The notes under the pieces: generated by a model | What the model was told of the DNA's origin: nothing | The model's database searches: none | The model's input: the letters and a program-made list of their open reading frames with translations, nothing else | Shown here: positions 54,397 through 64,000 of the stretch, one piece after another | Layout: every line of letters starts with the position of its first letter | Numbering within the stretch: the stretch's first letter is position 1 | DNA from: Deltaproteobacteria bacterium | GTDB taxonomy: Bacteria > Desulfobacterota > Desulfobacteria > Desulfobacterales > GCA-2748835 | NCBI GenBank assembly: GCA_002748835.1 | Contig: PDTL01000026.1 | Span: 14,330-78,329 of the forward strand | DNA length: 64,000 bases | Direction of reading: 5' to 3' | Translations under genes and position numbers: made by a program

Positions 54397-54683
54397 TGAG
54401 TGTTTATGATATGATCCGGAGACCGTTGGTTACGGAAAAAACCACGCTCCAGAAGGAATTGTACAATCAGGTTTCTTTTGAAGTCGATATCAAGGCGAAT
54501 CGCGTCGAGATCAAAGATGCCATTGAACGGATTTTCAAAGTACGGGTCAAGTCCGTTCGGACCCTGCAGGTTGAAGGCAAGGTAAAACAGCGGGGACGCA
54601 TTCTTGGCAAACGGAAAAACTGGAAGAAAGCGATCGTTACGTTGATGCCCGGTGAGCGGATCGAGTTCTTTGATGGTGTATAA
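54396..54683 (+). CDS. rplW: 50S ribosomal protein L23
   Basis: [14 protein letters not shown]. Confidence 0.97.
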   Translation: MSVYDMIRRPLVTEKTTLQKELYNQVSFEVDIKANRVEIKDAIERIFKVRVKSVRTLQVEGKVKQRGRILGKRKNWKKAIVTLMPGERIEFFDGV

Positions 54684-54697
54684 GGCAGGAGTAGATA

Positions 54698-55525
<828 letters not shown>

Positions 55526-55545
55526 GCCGGCCGGAGGAGACACAG

Positions 55546-55827
55546 ATGCCACGTTCGTTAAAAAAAGGTCCCTTTGTGGACGACAACCTGATGAAAAAAG
55601 TATGGGTCGCGCAGGAAAGCCGGTCAAATAAAGTGATCAAAACCTGGTCACGGCGTTCCACGATTATCCCCGAGATGGTGGGGATGACATTTGCGGTACA
55701 CAACGGGAAAAAATTCGTCCCTGTGTTTGTCACCGAGAATATGGTCGGTCACAAGCTGGGCGAGTTCTCACCGACCCGGACGTTTTACGGACATGCCGGC
55801 GATAAAAAGTCGAAATTGAAAAAATAA
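55546..55827 (+). CDS. rpsS: 30S ribosomal protein S19
   Basis: [15 protein letters not shown]. Confidence 0.98.
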   Translation: MPRSLKKGPFVDDNLMKKVWVAQESRSNKVIKTWSRRSTIIPEMVGMTFAVHNGKKFVPVFVTENMVGHKLGEFSPTRTFYGHAGDKKSKLKK

Positions 55828-55844
55828 CAGGTGAAGGTGATATT

Positions 55845-56183
55845 ATGGAGGTTAAAGCGGTTACCAGATTCGTACGAATCTCTCCCATGAAGGTCCGCAG
55901 GGTGGTAGATGTCGTAAAGGGTGAGCCCGTTGAGATGGCGTTGAACAGTTTGAAGTTTATGCCCCAGAAAGCGGCAGGTATCCTTTCAAAAACGTTGAAA
56001 TCCGCAGTTGCCAACGCCGACCACAACGCAGATCTTGATATCGACGACCTGATTGTTAAAAACGTTCTGGTCGATCAGGGACCCACTCTGAAACGCTTCC
56101 GTGCCCGTGCACGCGGCAGAGGGTCTCGTATTCTGAAACGCACCAGCCACATCACCGTGATTGTGGCCGACGAGGCGAAGTAA
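55845..56183 (+). CDS. rplV: 50S ribosomal protein L22
   Basis: SAVANA, RARGR, KRTSHIT. Confidence 0.97.
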   Translation: MEVKAVTRFVRISPMKVRRVVDVVKGEPVEMALNSLKFMPQKAAGILSKTLKSAVANADHNADLDIDDLIVKNVLVDQGPTLKRFRARARGRGSRILKRTSHITVIVADEAK

Positions 56184-56197
56184 AGGGAGGTAGAAGC

Positions 56198-56893
56198 GTG
56201 GGCCAGAAAGTCAATCCGATCGGATTACGGTTGGGAATTATTAAAACCTGGGAGTCTCGGTGGTACGCCGGCAAGAATTACGCGAATTTTATTCAGGAAG
56301 ACTTCAAAATTCGGAAGTTCTTGAAAAAGAAACTCTATCACGCGGGGGTTTCCCGAATTGAAATTGAACGCTCGTCCAAGCGCGTTCGCCTCCGCATCCA
56401 CACGGCGCGTCCGGGGATCGTCATCGGGAAAAAAGGCGCAGAGATTGCGGTGCTCAAACAGGACCTAGCAAAGCTGATCTCTCAGGATATTCTCATCGAT
56501 ATCCAGGAAGTGCGCCGTCCGGAGCTGGATGCGCAGCTGGTTGCCGAAAACGTGGCCACGCAGCTGGAACGCCGGGTGGCATTCCGTCGCGCAATGAAAC
56601 GTTGTGTGACGTCATCCATGCGGTTTGGTGCAAAAGGGGTGAAAATCATCTGCGCCGGTCGCCTGGGTGGGGCGGAAATGGCCCGTACCGAGTGGTACCG
56701 CGAGGGTCGTGTTCCCCTTCATACGTTCCGTGCCGACATCGACTACGGATTTGCGGAAGCACAGACAACTTATGGAGTCATTGGCATAAAAGTCTATATT
56801 TTTAAAGGTGAGATCCTGAAAAAAGAAGAGATGCAGGTTGCCAATGTAAAGGCTGTAGGAGAAAAGGGTTATGCTGACTCCCAAGAAGGTTAA
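56198..56893 (+). CDS. rpsC: 30S ribosomal protein S3
   Basis: [25 protein letters not shown]. Confidence 0.97.
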   Translation: MGQKVNPIGLRLGIIKTWESRWYAGKNYANFIQEDFKIRKFLKKKLYHAGVSRIEIERSSKRVRLRIHTARPGIVIGKKGAEIAVLKQDLAKLISQDILIDIQEVRRPELDAQLVAENVATQLERRVAFRRAMKRCVTSSMRFGAKGVKIICAGRLGGAEMARTEWYREGRVPLHTFRADIDYGFAEAQTTYGVIGIKVYIFKGEILKKEEMQVANVKAVGEKGYADSQEG

Positions 56894-57284
56894 GTTCAGA
56901 AAGCAACAGCGCGGCCGGATGCAGGGGACGGCTCAGGCCGGAAATGCACTCAACTTCGGTGAGTTCGGGCTGCAGGCTGTTGAGTGCGGTTATATCAATT
57001 CACGTCAGATCGAAGCCGCCCGTATCGCCATGACCCGTCATGTCAAGCGTAGCGGGAAAATGTGGATTCGGTTTTTCCCGGACAAGCCGGTTACCAAAAA
57101 ACCTGCCGAAGTACGGATGGGTAAAGGTAAGGGGCCGACGGATGCGTGGGTTGCAGTGATCAAACCTGGCCGGATTCTGTATGAAATGGAAGGTGTGCCC
57201 CGGGAGCTGGCCATGGAAGCCTTGCGGCTGGCAGCACACAAGCTGCCGATCAAGACCAAGTTCGTGGAGAGGGGGCCGTTCTAA
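56871..57284 (+). CDS. rplP: 50S ribosomal protein L16
   Basis: RQIEAAR, RMGKGKG. Confidence 0.97.
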   Translation: MLTPKKVKFRKQQRGRMQGTAQAGNALNFGEFGLQAVECGYINSRQIEAARIAMTRHVKRSGKMWIRFFPDKPVTKKPAEVRMGKGKGPTDAWVAVIKPGRILYEMEGVPRELAMEALRLAAHKLPIKTKFVERGPF

Positions 57285-57487
57285 TGAAGGCAGAAAAAAT
57301 GCGGGAACTCGGTACCGATGAACTGATGGCCAGACTGGCTGCGAAAAAGCAAGAACATTTCAACCTGAGGTTCCAACTGGCCACGGGCCAGCTTGAGAAA
57401 ACCTCGCAGCTGAAACAGGTCAAACGTGAAATCGCCAGGATTGCAACGGTAATCCGGGAAACCGATCTAAAAAATAAAAGTGAATAA
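57284..57487 (+). CDS. rpmC: 50S ribosomal protein L29
   Basis: FNLRFQ.ATGQL, IARI.T. Confidence 0.95.
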   Translation: MKAEKMRELGTDELMARLAAKKQEHFNLRFQLATGQLEKTSQLKQVKREIARIATVIRETDLKNKSE

Positions 57488-57492
57488 GACCT

Positions 57493-57750
57493 ATGAAAAA
57501 TCGTGGAATGAAGAGGCAGTTGGTCGGGAAAGTCGTCAGCAATAAAATGGACAAGACGGCGGTGGTGCGAGTGGAGCGCAAGGTAAAGCATCCGCTGTAC
57601 AAAAAATATGTTCGCCGCAGTATCAAATTTGCTGCGCATGATGAACAAAACGACTGTAACATCGGCGATACCGTTCTTATTACCGAATCTCGGCCCTTGA
57701 GCAAGTCCAAGCGGTGGCGGGTCAGTAAAATTGTCGAAAAAGCAGTTTGA
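57493..57750 (+). CDS. rpsQ: 30S ribosomal protein S17
   Basis: [21 protein letters not shown]. Confidence 0.97.
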   Translation: MKNRGMKRQLVGKVVSNKMDKTAVVRVERKVKHPLYKKYVRRSIKFAAHDEQNDCNIGDTVLITESRPLSKSKRWRVSKIVEKAV

Positions 57751-57768
57751 TGGACAAAGGGATAAAAG

Positions 57769-58137
57769 ATGATTCAGGCAGAAACTCGATTAACGGTAGC
57801 CGACAACTCCGGTGCAAAAGAACTTTACTGTATTAAAGTGCTGGGCGGTTCCAAACGTCGGTATGCCAGTGTCGGTGACATTGTTGTGGTCGCCGTCAAG
57901 GAAGCGATTCCGGCATCCAAGGTGAAAAAAGGTGATGTGGCCAAGGCGGTGATCGTTCGCACGAAAAAAGAGATTGCCCGTCCTGACGGTTCGCGTATCC
58001 GGTTCGATGATAACTCGGCCGTCCTGATCAACCAGAACAAGGAACCGATTGGAACGCGTATTTTTGGTCCGGTCGCCCGGGAGCTTCGTGCCAAGAAGTT
58101 CATGCGCATCATCTCGCTGGCACCGGAAGTCCTCTAA
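57769..58137 (+). CDS. rplN: 50S ribosomal protein L14
   Basis: [22 protein letters not shown]. Confidence 0.98.
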   Translation: MIQAETRLTVADNSGAKELYCIKVLGGSKRRYASVGDIVVVAVKEAIPASKVKKGDVAKAVIVRTKKEIARPDGSRIRFDDNSAVLINQNKEPIGTRIFGPVARELRAKKFMRIISLAPEVL

Positions 58138-58168
58138 AGTCCGGTACGCGTTAAGTGGAGAAGTGAAA

Positions 58169-58495
58169 ATGAAGATCAAATCTCGCATCAAGAGAGACGA
58201 TAAAGTTAAGATCATCGCTGGCAAGGATAACGGTAAGATCGGGCGGGTATTGCGCGTTGATCGTAAGCAGGGTCGCGTTACGGTCGAAAACCTCAATATG
58301 GTGAAGCGGCATACCAAACCGAATCTTCAGAATGCGCAGGGGGGAATCATTGACAAGGAAGCACCCATGGATATTTCCAATGTGATGCTTGTCTGCAACG
58401 CCTGCCTGCAGCCTGTCCGTATTAAGATGAAGTATCTGGAGGATGGGAAGAAAATCCGGGTATGTCGCAAGTGTAACGAAGCGATCGACGCTTAA
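58169..58495 (+). CDS. rplX: 50S ribosomal protein L24
   Basis: D.V.II.GKD.GK.G, KEAP...SNV. Confidence 0.95.
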   Translation: MKIKSRIKRDDKVKIIAGKDNGKIGRVLRVDRKQGRVTVENLNMVKRHTKPNLQNAQGGIIDKEAPMDISNVMLVCNACLQPVRIKMKYLEDGKKIRVCRKCNEAIDA

Positions 58496-58516
58496 TCGGT
58501 TCGTTACAGGAGGAAA

Positions 58517-59059
58517 ATGATGTCGACACTGAAATCGCGTTATAAAGAAGAAATTGCCCCGAAACTTCGGGAAGAATTCGGCTACAAGAGCCCGATGCAG
58601 ATTCCCCGGCTGGAAAAAGTGGTACTGAACATGGGCATTGGGCAGGCGATCAATAATATCAAACTGCTGGACTCAGCAGCGGATGAACTGGCAAAAATTG
58701 CCGGCCAAAAGCCGGTGATCACCCGTGCGAAAAAATCCATTGCGGCATTCAAACTTCGTGAAGGCATGCCCATTGGATGCATGGTCACCCTGCGCAGAGC
58801 GAAAATGTATGATTTTCTGGAACGCCTGATCAATCTGTCGCTTCCTCGTATCCGTGACTTCAGGGGCATTTCGGGTAAAGCCTTTGACGGTCATGGGAAC
58901 TACACCCTGGGAATCAAAGAACAGATTATCTTTCCGGAAATTGACTATGACAAGATTGATCAGATCAAAGGTCTGAACATTTCCATTGTCACGTCTGCCA
59001 AGACAGATGCAGAAGCCAAAATGATGCTGAAACTGATGGGCATGCCCTTCCGGAATTAG
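58517..59059 (+). CDS. rplE: 50S ribosomal protein L5
   Basis: [26 protein letters not shown]. Confidence 0.98.
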   Translation: MMSTLKSRYKEEIAPKLREEFGYKSPMQIPRLEKVVLNMGIGQAINNIKLLDSAADELAKIAGQKPVITRAKKSIAAFKLREGMPIGCMVTLRRAKMYDFLERLINLSLPRIRDFRGISGKAFDGHGNYTLGIKEQIIFPEIDYDKIDQIKGLNISIVTSAKTDAEAKMMLKLMGMPFRN

Positions 59060-59123
59060 CAAATTGCGTGTAACAGACCGGTGCAGGATCCGAGGCGGTC
59101 CCCCCGGGTAAAAGGAGGAAGCG

Positions 59124-59309
59124 TTGGCTAAAAAATCAATTATTGCAAAAGCGGCCCGCCAGCCCAAGTTCACTGTCCGGGCGTATAATCGGTGCACGCT
59201 TTGCGGTCGTCCCAGAGGTTTTTTGAGGAAATTCGGCATCTGCCGTATCTGTTTCCGTCAGCTTGCATCTGCAGGTAAACTTCCGGGCGTAACCAAGTCG
59301 AGCTGGTAG
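59124..59309 (+). CDS. rpsN: 30S ribosomal protein S14 (zinc-binding short type)
   Basis: RC..CGRPR, CRICFR, GVTKSSW. Confidence 0.95.
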   Translation: MAKKSIIAKAARQPKFTVRAYNRCTLCGRPRGFLRKFGICRICFRQLASAGKLPGVTKSSW

Positions 59310-59364
59310 GCTCACGACGTCAAGCGGTTTTAATAATTAATCTTTAAGAATAACGGAGAGAATC

Positions 59365-59763
59365 ATGGCAATGAGTGATCCTATTGCGGACATGTTGACA
59401 CGGATCCGTAATGCAGGAAAAGCGAAGTTTGCCAGCGTTGATGTTCCCGGTTCCAAGCTGAAAGAGGCGCTGGCCCGGGTAATGCAACGGCAAGGATACA
59501 TTCGGAATTTCAAAGTGATTGAGGATGACAAACAAGGCGTTATCCGTATTTATTTGAAATATGATCAGGATCAGCAGCATGTGATCTGGGGTCTGAAGCG
59601 GGTCAGCAAGCCCAGCCGCCGGATGTACGTCAAAGCGAAGGACATCAAGCCGGTGATGAACGGTCTCGGGGTGTCCGTCCTTTCGACATCAAATGGCATT
59701 TTAACGGATAAAGAAGCACGCCAGGCGAACATTGGCGGTGAAGTGATCTGCAATATCTGGTAG
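59365..59763 (+). CDS. rpsH: 30S ribosomal protein S8
   Basis: DPIADMLTRIRN, STS.G, GGE. Confidence 0.97.
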   Translation: MAMSDPIADMLTRIRNAGKAKFASVDVPGSKLKEALARVMQRQGYIRNFKVIEDDKQGVIRIYLKYDQDQQHVIWGLKRVSKPSRRMYVKAKDIKPVMNGLGVSVLSTSNGILTDKEARQANIGGEVICNIW

Positions 59764-59776
59764 CGTGGGGGACGTT

Positions 59777-60313
59777 ATGTCGCGTATTGGAAAAAAACCG
59801 ATTCAGATTCCGGAAAAGACCGATGTAACGATTACCGGTGATAAGGTGGTCGTCAAAGGCAAAAACGGAACCTTGGAATGCAACATCCATCCCTCGGTGG
59901 CCGTGAATGTTTCCGAGAATGAGGTACGTGTGGAAATTGTCGGTACCGAACGCAAGGTGAATGCGTATCAGGGGATGGTCCGCGCACTGATCAACAATAT
60001 GGTCGTCGGTGTGACGACCGGGTTTGAACGGACCCTGGAAATGAACGGTATCGGTTATCGTGCTGAAGTGAGCGGAAAAAAATTGGTTCTGAACCTGGGA
60101 TACTCACATCCCGTCGATTATCCGCTGCCCGAGGGCGTCACGGCGGCTGTGGACAGAAATACGATTAAACTTTCGTCGATTGATAAGCAGTTGCTGGGTC
60201 AGACCGCAGCTGAAATTCGTGCCCTGCGCCCGCCTGAGCCCTACAAGGGAAAGGGGATCAAATACGCGGAAGAGCACATTCAGCGTAAAGCCGGTAAAAC
60301 AGGCGCCAAGTAA
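59777..60313 (+). CDS. rplF: 50S ribosomal protein L6
   Basis: MSRIGK.P, PEPYKGKGI. Confidence 0.97.
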   Translation: MSRIGKKPIQIPEKTDVTITGDKVVVKGKNGTLECNIHPSVAVNVSENEVRVEIVGTERKVNAYQGMVRALINNMVVGVTTGFERTLEMNGIGYRAEVSGKKLVLNLGYSHPVDYPLPEGVTAAVDRNTIKLSSIDKQLLGQTAAEIRALRPPEPYKGKGIKYAEEHIQRKAGKTGAK

Positions 60314-60393
60314 ACAAATTGGCTTGTTTTTCCATGACGGTTTTGTCATGATGAGCCGCTTTTTTTGCGGATACCGAACATAAAGGTTGAGAC

Positions 60394-60756
60394 ATGAAAA
60401 CAAAAGAAAAAAAGATACAGCGCATGAAGCGCAAGAAACGGATCCGGAAACGGATGTCCGGTACGGAAGACCGGCCCCGTCTCTCGGTTTTTCGAAGCAG
60501 CAAGCATATTTATGCTCAGGTAATTGATGATACCTGCGGGTGTACGCTTGTTTCAGCGTCTACGGTTGAAAAAGACATGAAGGCGGAAACATTTGAGAAT
60601 AAAATCGCCAAGGCGACAGCGGTTGGTAAACGGGTAGGGCAGCGTGCAGCCGATAAAGGCATCAAGCAGGTTGTCTTTGATCGTAACGGTTTTATGTACC
60701 ACGGCCGAGTGAAAGCTGTTGCAGATGCCGCTCGTGAAGCCGGGCTCGATTTCTAG
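60394..60756 (+). CDS. rplR: 50S ribosomal protein L18
   Basis: [19 protein letters not shown]. Confidence 0.97.
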   Translation: MKTKEKKIQRMKRKKRIRKRMSGTEDRPRLSVFRSSKHIYAQVIDDTCGCTLVSASTVEKDMKAETFENKIAKATAVGKRVGQRAADKGIKQVVFDRNGFMYHGRVKAVADAAREAGLDF

Positions 60757-60772
60757 TGAAGGAGGCAGACTC

Positions 60773-61267
60773 TTGTTGAAGAAAGAGGTTGAAGAAAAAC
60801 AATTGATCGACAAGGTCGTTCACATCAACCGTGTCGCCAAGGTTGTCAAGGGTGGTCGCCGGTTCAGTTTCAGTGCCATCGTAGTCGTGGGGGACGGTGA
60901 GGGTAAAGTGGGATTCGGTCTGGGTAAGGCTGCCGAAGTTCCTGAAGCGATCCGTAAAGGTGTTGAAAAGGCCAAAAAGAACATGGCCCCTGTGGTGCTG
61001 GTAGACGGTACGGTTCCGTACGAAGTGATCGGCCGATACGGTGCAGGTAAAGTGATGCTCAAGCCGGCGTCCAAAGGTACCGGTCTTATTGCCGGGGGTG
61101 CGGTGCGTGCGGTTCTGGAAGCAGTCGGCGTGACAGATATCCTGACAAAATGTATGGGATCCAATAACCCGCATAATGTTGTCAAGGCAACAATTGAAGG
61201 CCTTACGGGCCTTCAAGACAAAGCGGCTGTGGCGGCGCGTCGGGGCTTGGACATCAATGATATTTAA
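60773..61267 (+). CDS. rpsE: 30S ribosomal protein S5
   Basis: [13 protein letters not shown]; AAGGAGG before TTG. Confidence 0.96.
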   Translation: MLKKEVEEKQLIDKVVHINRVAKVVKGGRRFSFSAIVVVGDGEGKVGFGLGKAAEVPEAIRKGVEKAKKNMAPVVLVDGTVPYEVIGRYGAGKVMLKPASKGTGLIAGGAVRAVLEAVGVTDILTKCMGSNNPHNVVKATIEGLTGLQDKAAVAARRGLDINDI

Positions 61268-61306
61268 CGGCCGTCTGCCGTTAGCAATAAATTGAGGATA
61301 CGCAAA

Positions 61307-61495
61307 ATGGCTGGAAAATTGCAGATAACCCTTGTCCGCAGTATGATCGGACGGCCGGAAAAGCATCGAAAAGTCCTGGCAGGCATGGGACTGACCCGAA
61401 TGCATAAGACCGTTTCGCTGGAAGATACCCCTGCGGTTCGCGGAATGATCAATAAAGTGGTTCACATGGTTAAAGTCGAGGAGGCAAACACATGA
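61307..61495 (+). CDS. rpmD: 50S ribosomal protein L30
   Basis: ITLVRS.IG, GMI.KV.HMV. Confidence 0.95.
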   Translation: MAGKLQITLVRSMIGRPEKHRKVLAGMGLTRMHKTVSLEDTPAVRGMINKVVHMVKVEEANT

Positions 61496-61938
61496 AGCTG
61501 AATGAGTTGGCCCCTGCAAAAGGTTCGAAAACGGCACGCAAGCGGCGGGGCAGAGGCCCTGGATCCGGTAACGGCACCTATGCGGGTAGAGGTCTCAAGG
61601 GGCAGAATGCACGCAGTGGTGGCGGTGTCCGGCCGGGTTTCGAAGGCGGTCAGATGCCGATTCACCGCCGTCTGCCCAAACGTGGATTTACCCATATCTT
61701 CAAGAAAACGTACGCTGTCATCAATGTCGCTGATTTGGCGCGTTTTGACGCTGGTGCGGTGATTGATGAGGCATCGCTTATTGCAACCGGGCTGGTAAAG
61801 GGGCGCCGTGACGGTCGCCGTGACGGCGTTAAGATTCTCGGCAATGGTGAGATCTCAGCAGCCCTGACCGTTAAAGGCTGCCTGCTGAGTCAGAGTGCGA
61901 AACAGAAAATCGAAGCGGCAGGCGGGACAGTAGAGTAG
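61492..61938 (+). CDS. rplO: 50S ribosomal protein L15
   Basis: [23 protein letters not shown]. Confidence 0.97.
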   Translation: MKLNELAPAKGSKTARKRRGRGPGSGNGTYAGRGLKGQNARSGGGVRPGFEGGQMPIHRRLPKRGFTHIFKKTYAVINVADLARFDAGAVIDEASLIATGLVKGRRDGRRDGVKILGNGEISAALTVKGCLLSQSAKQKIEAAGGTVE

Positions 61939-61950
61939 AGGATTGATTTC

Positions 61951-63258
61951 ATGTCGGACACCGCAATTCAGAATATATTCAAGTTGCCTGAGCTGAAGCG
62001 ACGGATTTTTTACACCTTTGCCCTGTTGTTTGTTTACCGGATCGGGGTTCATGTGCCCACACCTGGTATTGACGGGGATGCATTGTCTCAGTTGTTCGCC
62101 ACCCAGGGGGGCATCCTTGGGATGTTCAACATGTTTTCGGGTGGGGCGCTCGAACGATTGTCGGTATTTGCCTTGGGCATCATGCCGTATATCAGTGCCT
62201 CCATTATCCTTCAGCTGCTTACCGTGGTGATACCGCACCTTGAGCAGCTGTCCAAGGAAGGCGAACAGGGCCGGAAAAAAATCACGCAGTACACCCGATA
62301 TGGAACGGTACTGCTCAGTGTGATTCAGGGATTTGGGATCAGTCTTGGCCTGGAGACCATGACCTCTCCGGGTGGGGCTGCCATTGTTCTGGAACCGGGG
62401 TGGGGCTTTCGTATCATGACAGTGATCACCCTGACGGCGGGAACTGCCTTTATTATGTGGTTGGGCGAGCAGATTACGGAACATGGGATCGGCAATGGTA
62501 TTTCCCTGATCATTTTTGCCGGTATTGTCGCGCGGATGCCGACGGCGACCGGTAATACTTTCCGTCTGCTCTCCACCGGTGAGATGAATATCTTCACGGT
62601 TGTTGTGCTGGTGGCACTGATGGTTGCCGTGGTTGCTTTTATTATTTTTGTTGAACAGGCGCAGCGCCGGATTCCGGTGCATTACGCCAAACGGATGGTC
62701 GGACGCAAGATGTATGGTGGGCAGACATCGCATTTACCATTGAAAATAAATACATCTGGTGTTATACCTCCTATTTTTGCATCATCGATTATTATGTTCC
62801 CCACAACGCTGGCGGGATTTATCGATGTGCCGGCCATGAAGGCGGTTGCCGATTTCATGCGTCCGGGGAGCATTCTGTACGAACTCTGTTTTGTCGGCTT
62901 TATCTTCTTTTTCTGTTTTTTCTATACAGCCATCATGTTCAATCCGGATGATGTGGCGGAAAACATGAAAAAGAATGGGGGGTATATCCCCGGATATCGA
63001 CCGGGTAAGCGGACCGCTGAATACATTGACCGTGTCCTGACGCGTATTACTGTGGGCGGGGCAACATATGTATCGGCTGTGTGCGTGCTGCCGTCGATAT
63101 TGATCACCCAGTTTAATGTACCGTTTTATTTCGGCGGTACGGCACTGCTGATCGTTGTGGGGGTGTCCATTGATACGGTTGCGCAAATCGAATCGCATTT
63201 GCATGTCCGGAATTATGAAGGATTTTTAAAGCAGTCGAAAATACGCGGTCGTCGATAA
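61951..63258 (+). CDS. secY: Preprotein translocase SecY
   Basis: [28 protein letters not shown]. Confidence 0.98.
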   Translation: MSDTAIQNIFKLPELKRRIFYTFALLFVYRIGVHVPTPGIDGDALSQLFATQGGILGMFNMFSGGALERLSVFALGIMPYISASIILQLLTVVIPHLEQLSKEGEQGRKKITQYTRYGTVLLSVIQGFGISLGLETMTSPGGAAIVLEPGWGFRIMTVITLTAGTAFIMWLGEQITEHGIGNGISLIIFAGIVARMPTATGNTFRLLSTGEMNIFTVVVLVALMVAVVAFIIFVEQAQRRIPVHYAKRMVGRKMYGGQTSHLPLKINTSGVIPPIFASSIIMFPTTLAGFIDVPAMKAVADFMRPGSILYELCFVGFIFFFCFFYTAIMFNPDDVAENMKKNGGYIPGYRPGKRTAEYIDRVLTRITVGGATYVSAVCVLPSILITQFNVPFYFGGTALLIVVGVSIDTVAQIESHLHVRNYEGFLKQSKIRGRR

Positions 63259-63326
63259 CCGGCGAATATCAATAGCAGAGTGATTTTATTTTAGGGTATT
63301 GGGTTAGTCGCAGGAGGCAAGAAGGG

Positions 63327-63545
63327 ATGGCTAAAGAAGAGCCGATCAAAGTGCAGGGTAAAGTGCTGGAGACTTTGCCCAACGCAATGTTCAAGGTGGA
63401 GTTGGAAAACAAGCATCAGATACTTGCACACATTTCCGGTAAAATGCGGATGCATTTTATCAAGATTCTGCCGGGTGATACGGTAACGGTAGAACTGTCG
63501 CCCTATGATCTCACGCGGGGGCGGATCACCTATCGTTCAAAATAA
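63327..63545 (+). CDS. infA: Translation initiation factor IF-1
   Basis: LPNAMF.V.LEN, SGKMR, SPYDL. Confidence 0.97.
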   Translation: MAKEEPIKVQGKVLETLPNAMFKVELENKHQILAHISGKMRMHFIKILPGDTVTVELSPYDLTRGRITYRSK

Positions 63546-63600
63546 CCTTCTGGGCTGGCTGGTAACAGTGGTAATGCCTAACAATGACGAGGAATAAACA

Positions 63601-63714
63601 ATGAAAGTCCGGGCTTCAGTTAAAAAGATGTGTAAAGACTGTAAAGTGATCCGCCGAAACGGTGTGGTACGGGTCATTTGCGTAAACAAACGTCATAAAC
63701 AACGTCAAGGATAG
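63601..63714 (+). CDS. rpmJ: 50S ribosomal protein L36
   Basis: [37 protein letters not shown]. Confidence 0.96.
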   Translation: MKVRASVKKMCKDCKVIRRNGVVRVICVNKRHKQRQG

Positions 63715-63725
63715 GGGGATTTATT

Positions 63726-64000
63726 TTGGCACGTATAGCTGGCGTTGATTTACCCAAAAGCAAGCGGATCGAAATCGCATTAACCTATATCTATGGTATC
63801 GGCCGCAGCTGTTCCCAGGAAATTCTGGAAAAGCTTGAAATTGATCCGAATACCAAAACCGATCGACTGACGGATGACGAAGTTAACAAGATTCGAAAGC
63901 TGATCGATACGGAATATAAGGTGGAAGGTGAACTTCGGACGGAAGTCTCCATGAACATCAAACGATTGATGGATCTTGGCTGTTACCGCGGCCTTCGCCA
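63726..64000 (+). CDS. rpsM: 30S ribosomal protein S13 (partial, runs off window)
   Basis: TTG start; [21 protein letters not shown]. Confidence 0.95.
   Translation, partial: MARIAGVDLPKSKRIEIALTYIYGIGRSCSQEILEKLEIDPNTKTDRLTDDEVNKIRKLIDTEYKVEGELRTEVSMNIKRLMDLGCYRGLR

Overview
Mostly core chromosome of a deltaproteobacterium (Desulfobacterales-like gene content and order, inferred). Left to right: S1-like gene, sigma54 two-component system, tRNA-Gln, der, rarA, an AT-rich island of three LRR cassettes, a lipoprotein subtilase, gyrA/gpsA/radC/pgk, PBP1A, a cheA-cheW-cheB-cheR cluster, U32 peptidase, mltD, the tRNA-tuf-secE-nusG-rplKAJL-rpoBC cluster, and the str/S10/spc operons up to a partial rpsM. 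Three things stand out. (1) A tandem array of LRR cassettes at the rarA 3' end, delimited by three 40-bp direct repeats. The LRR framework is nearly invariant while the exposed beta-strand residues are hypervariable, and every copy has a different 5' deletion. It is a candidate cassette-based receptor diversification system. (2) A ~100-aa parvulin (PpiC)-like domain inserted in-frame in RNA polymerase beta'. (3) An unannotated ~70-nt sigma54-dependent sRNA candidate, antisense to a generic 'RBS-ATG-MKKLL' initiation region, with three palindromic candidate enhancer sites beside the NtrC-type activator gene. All calls were made by eye from the sequence; no searches were run.
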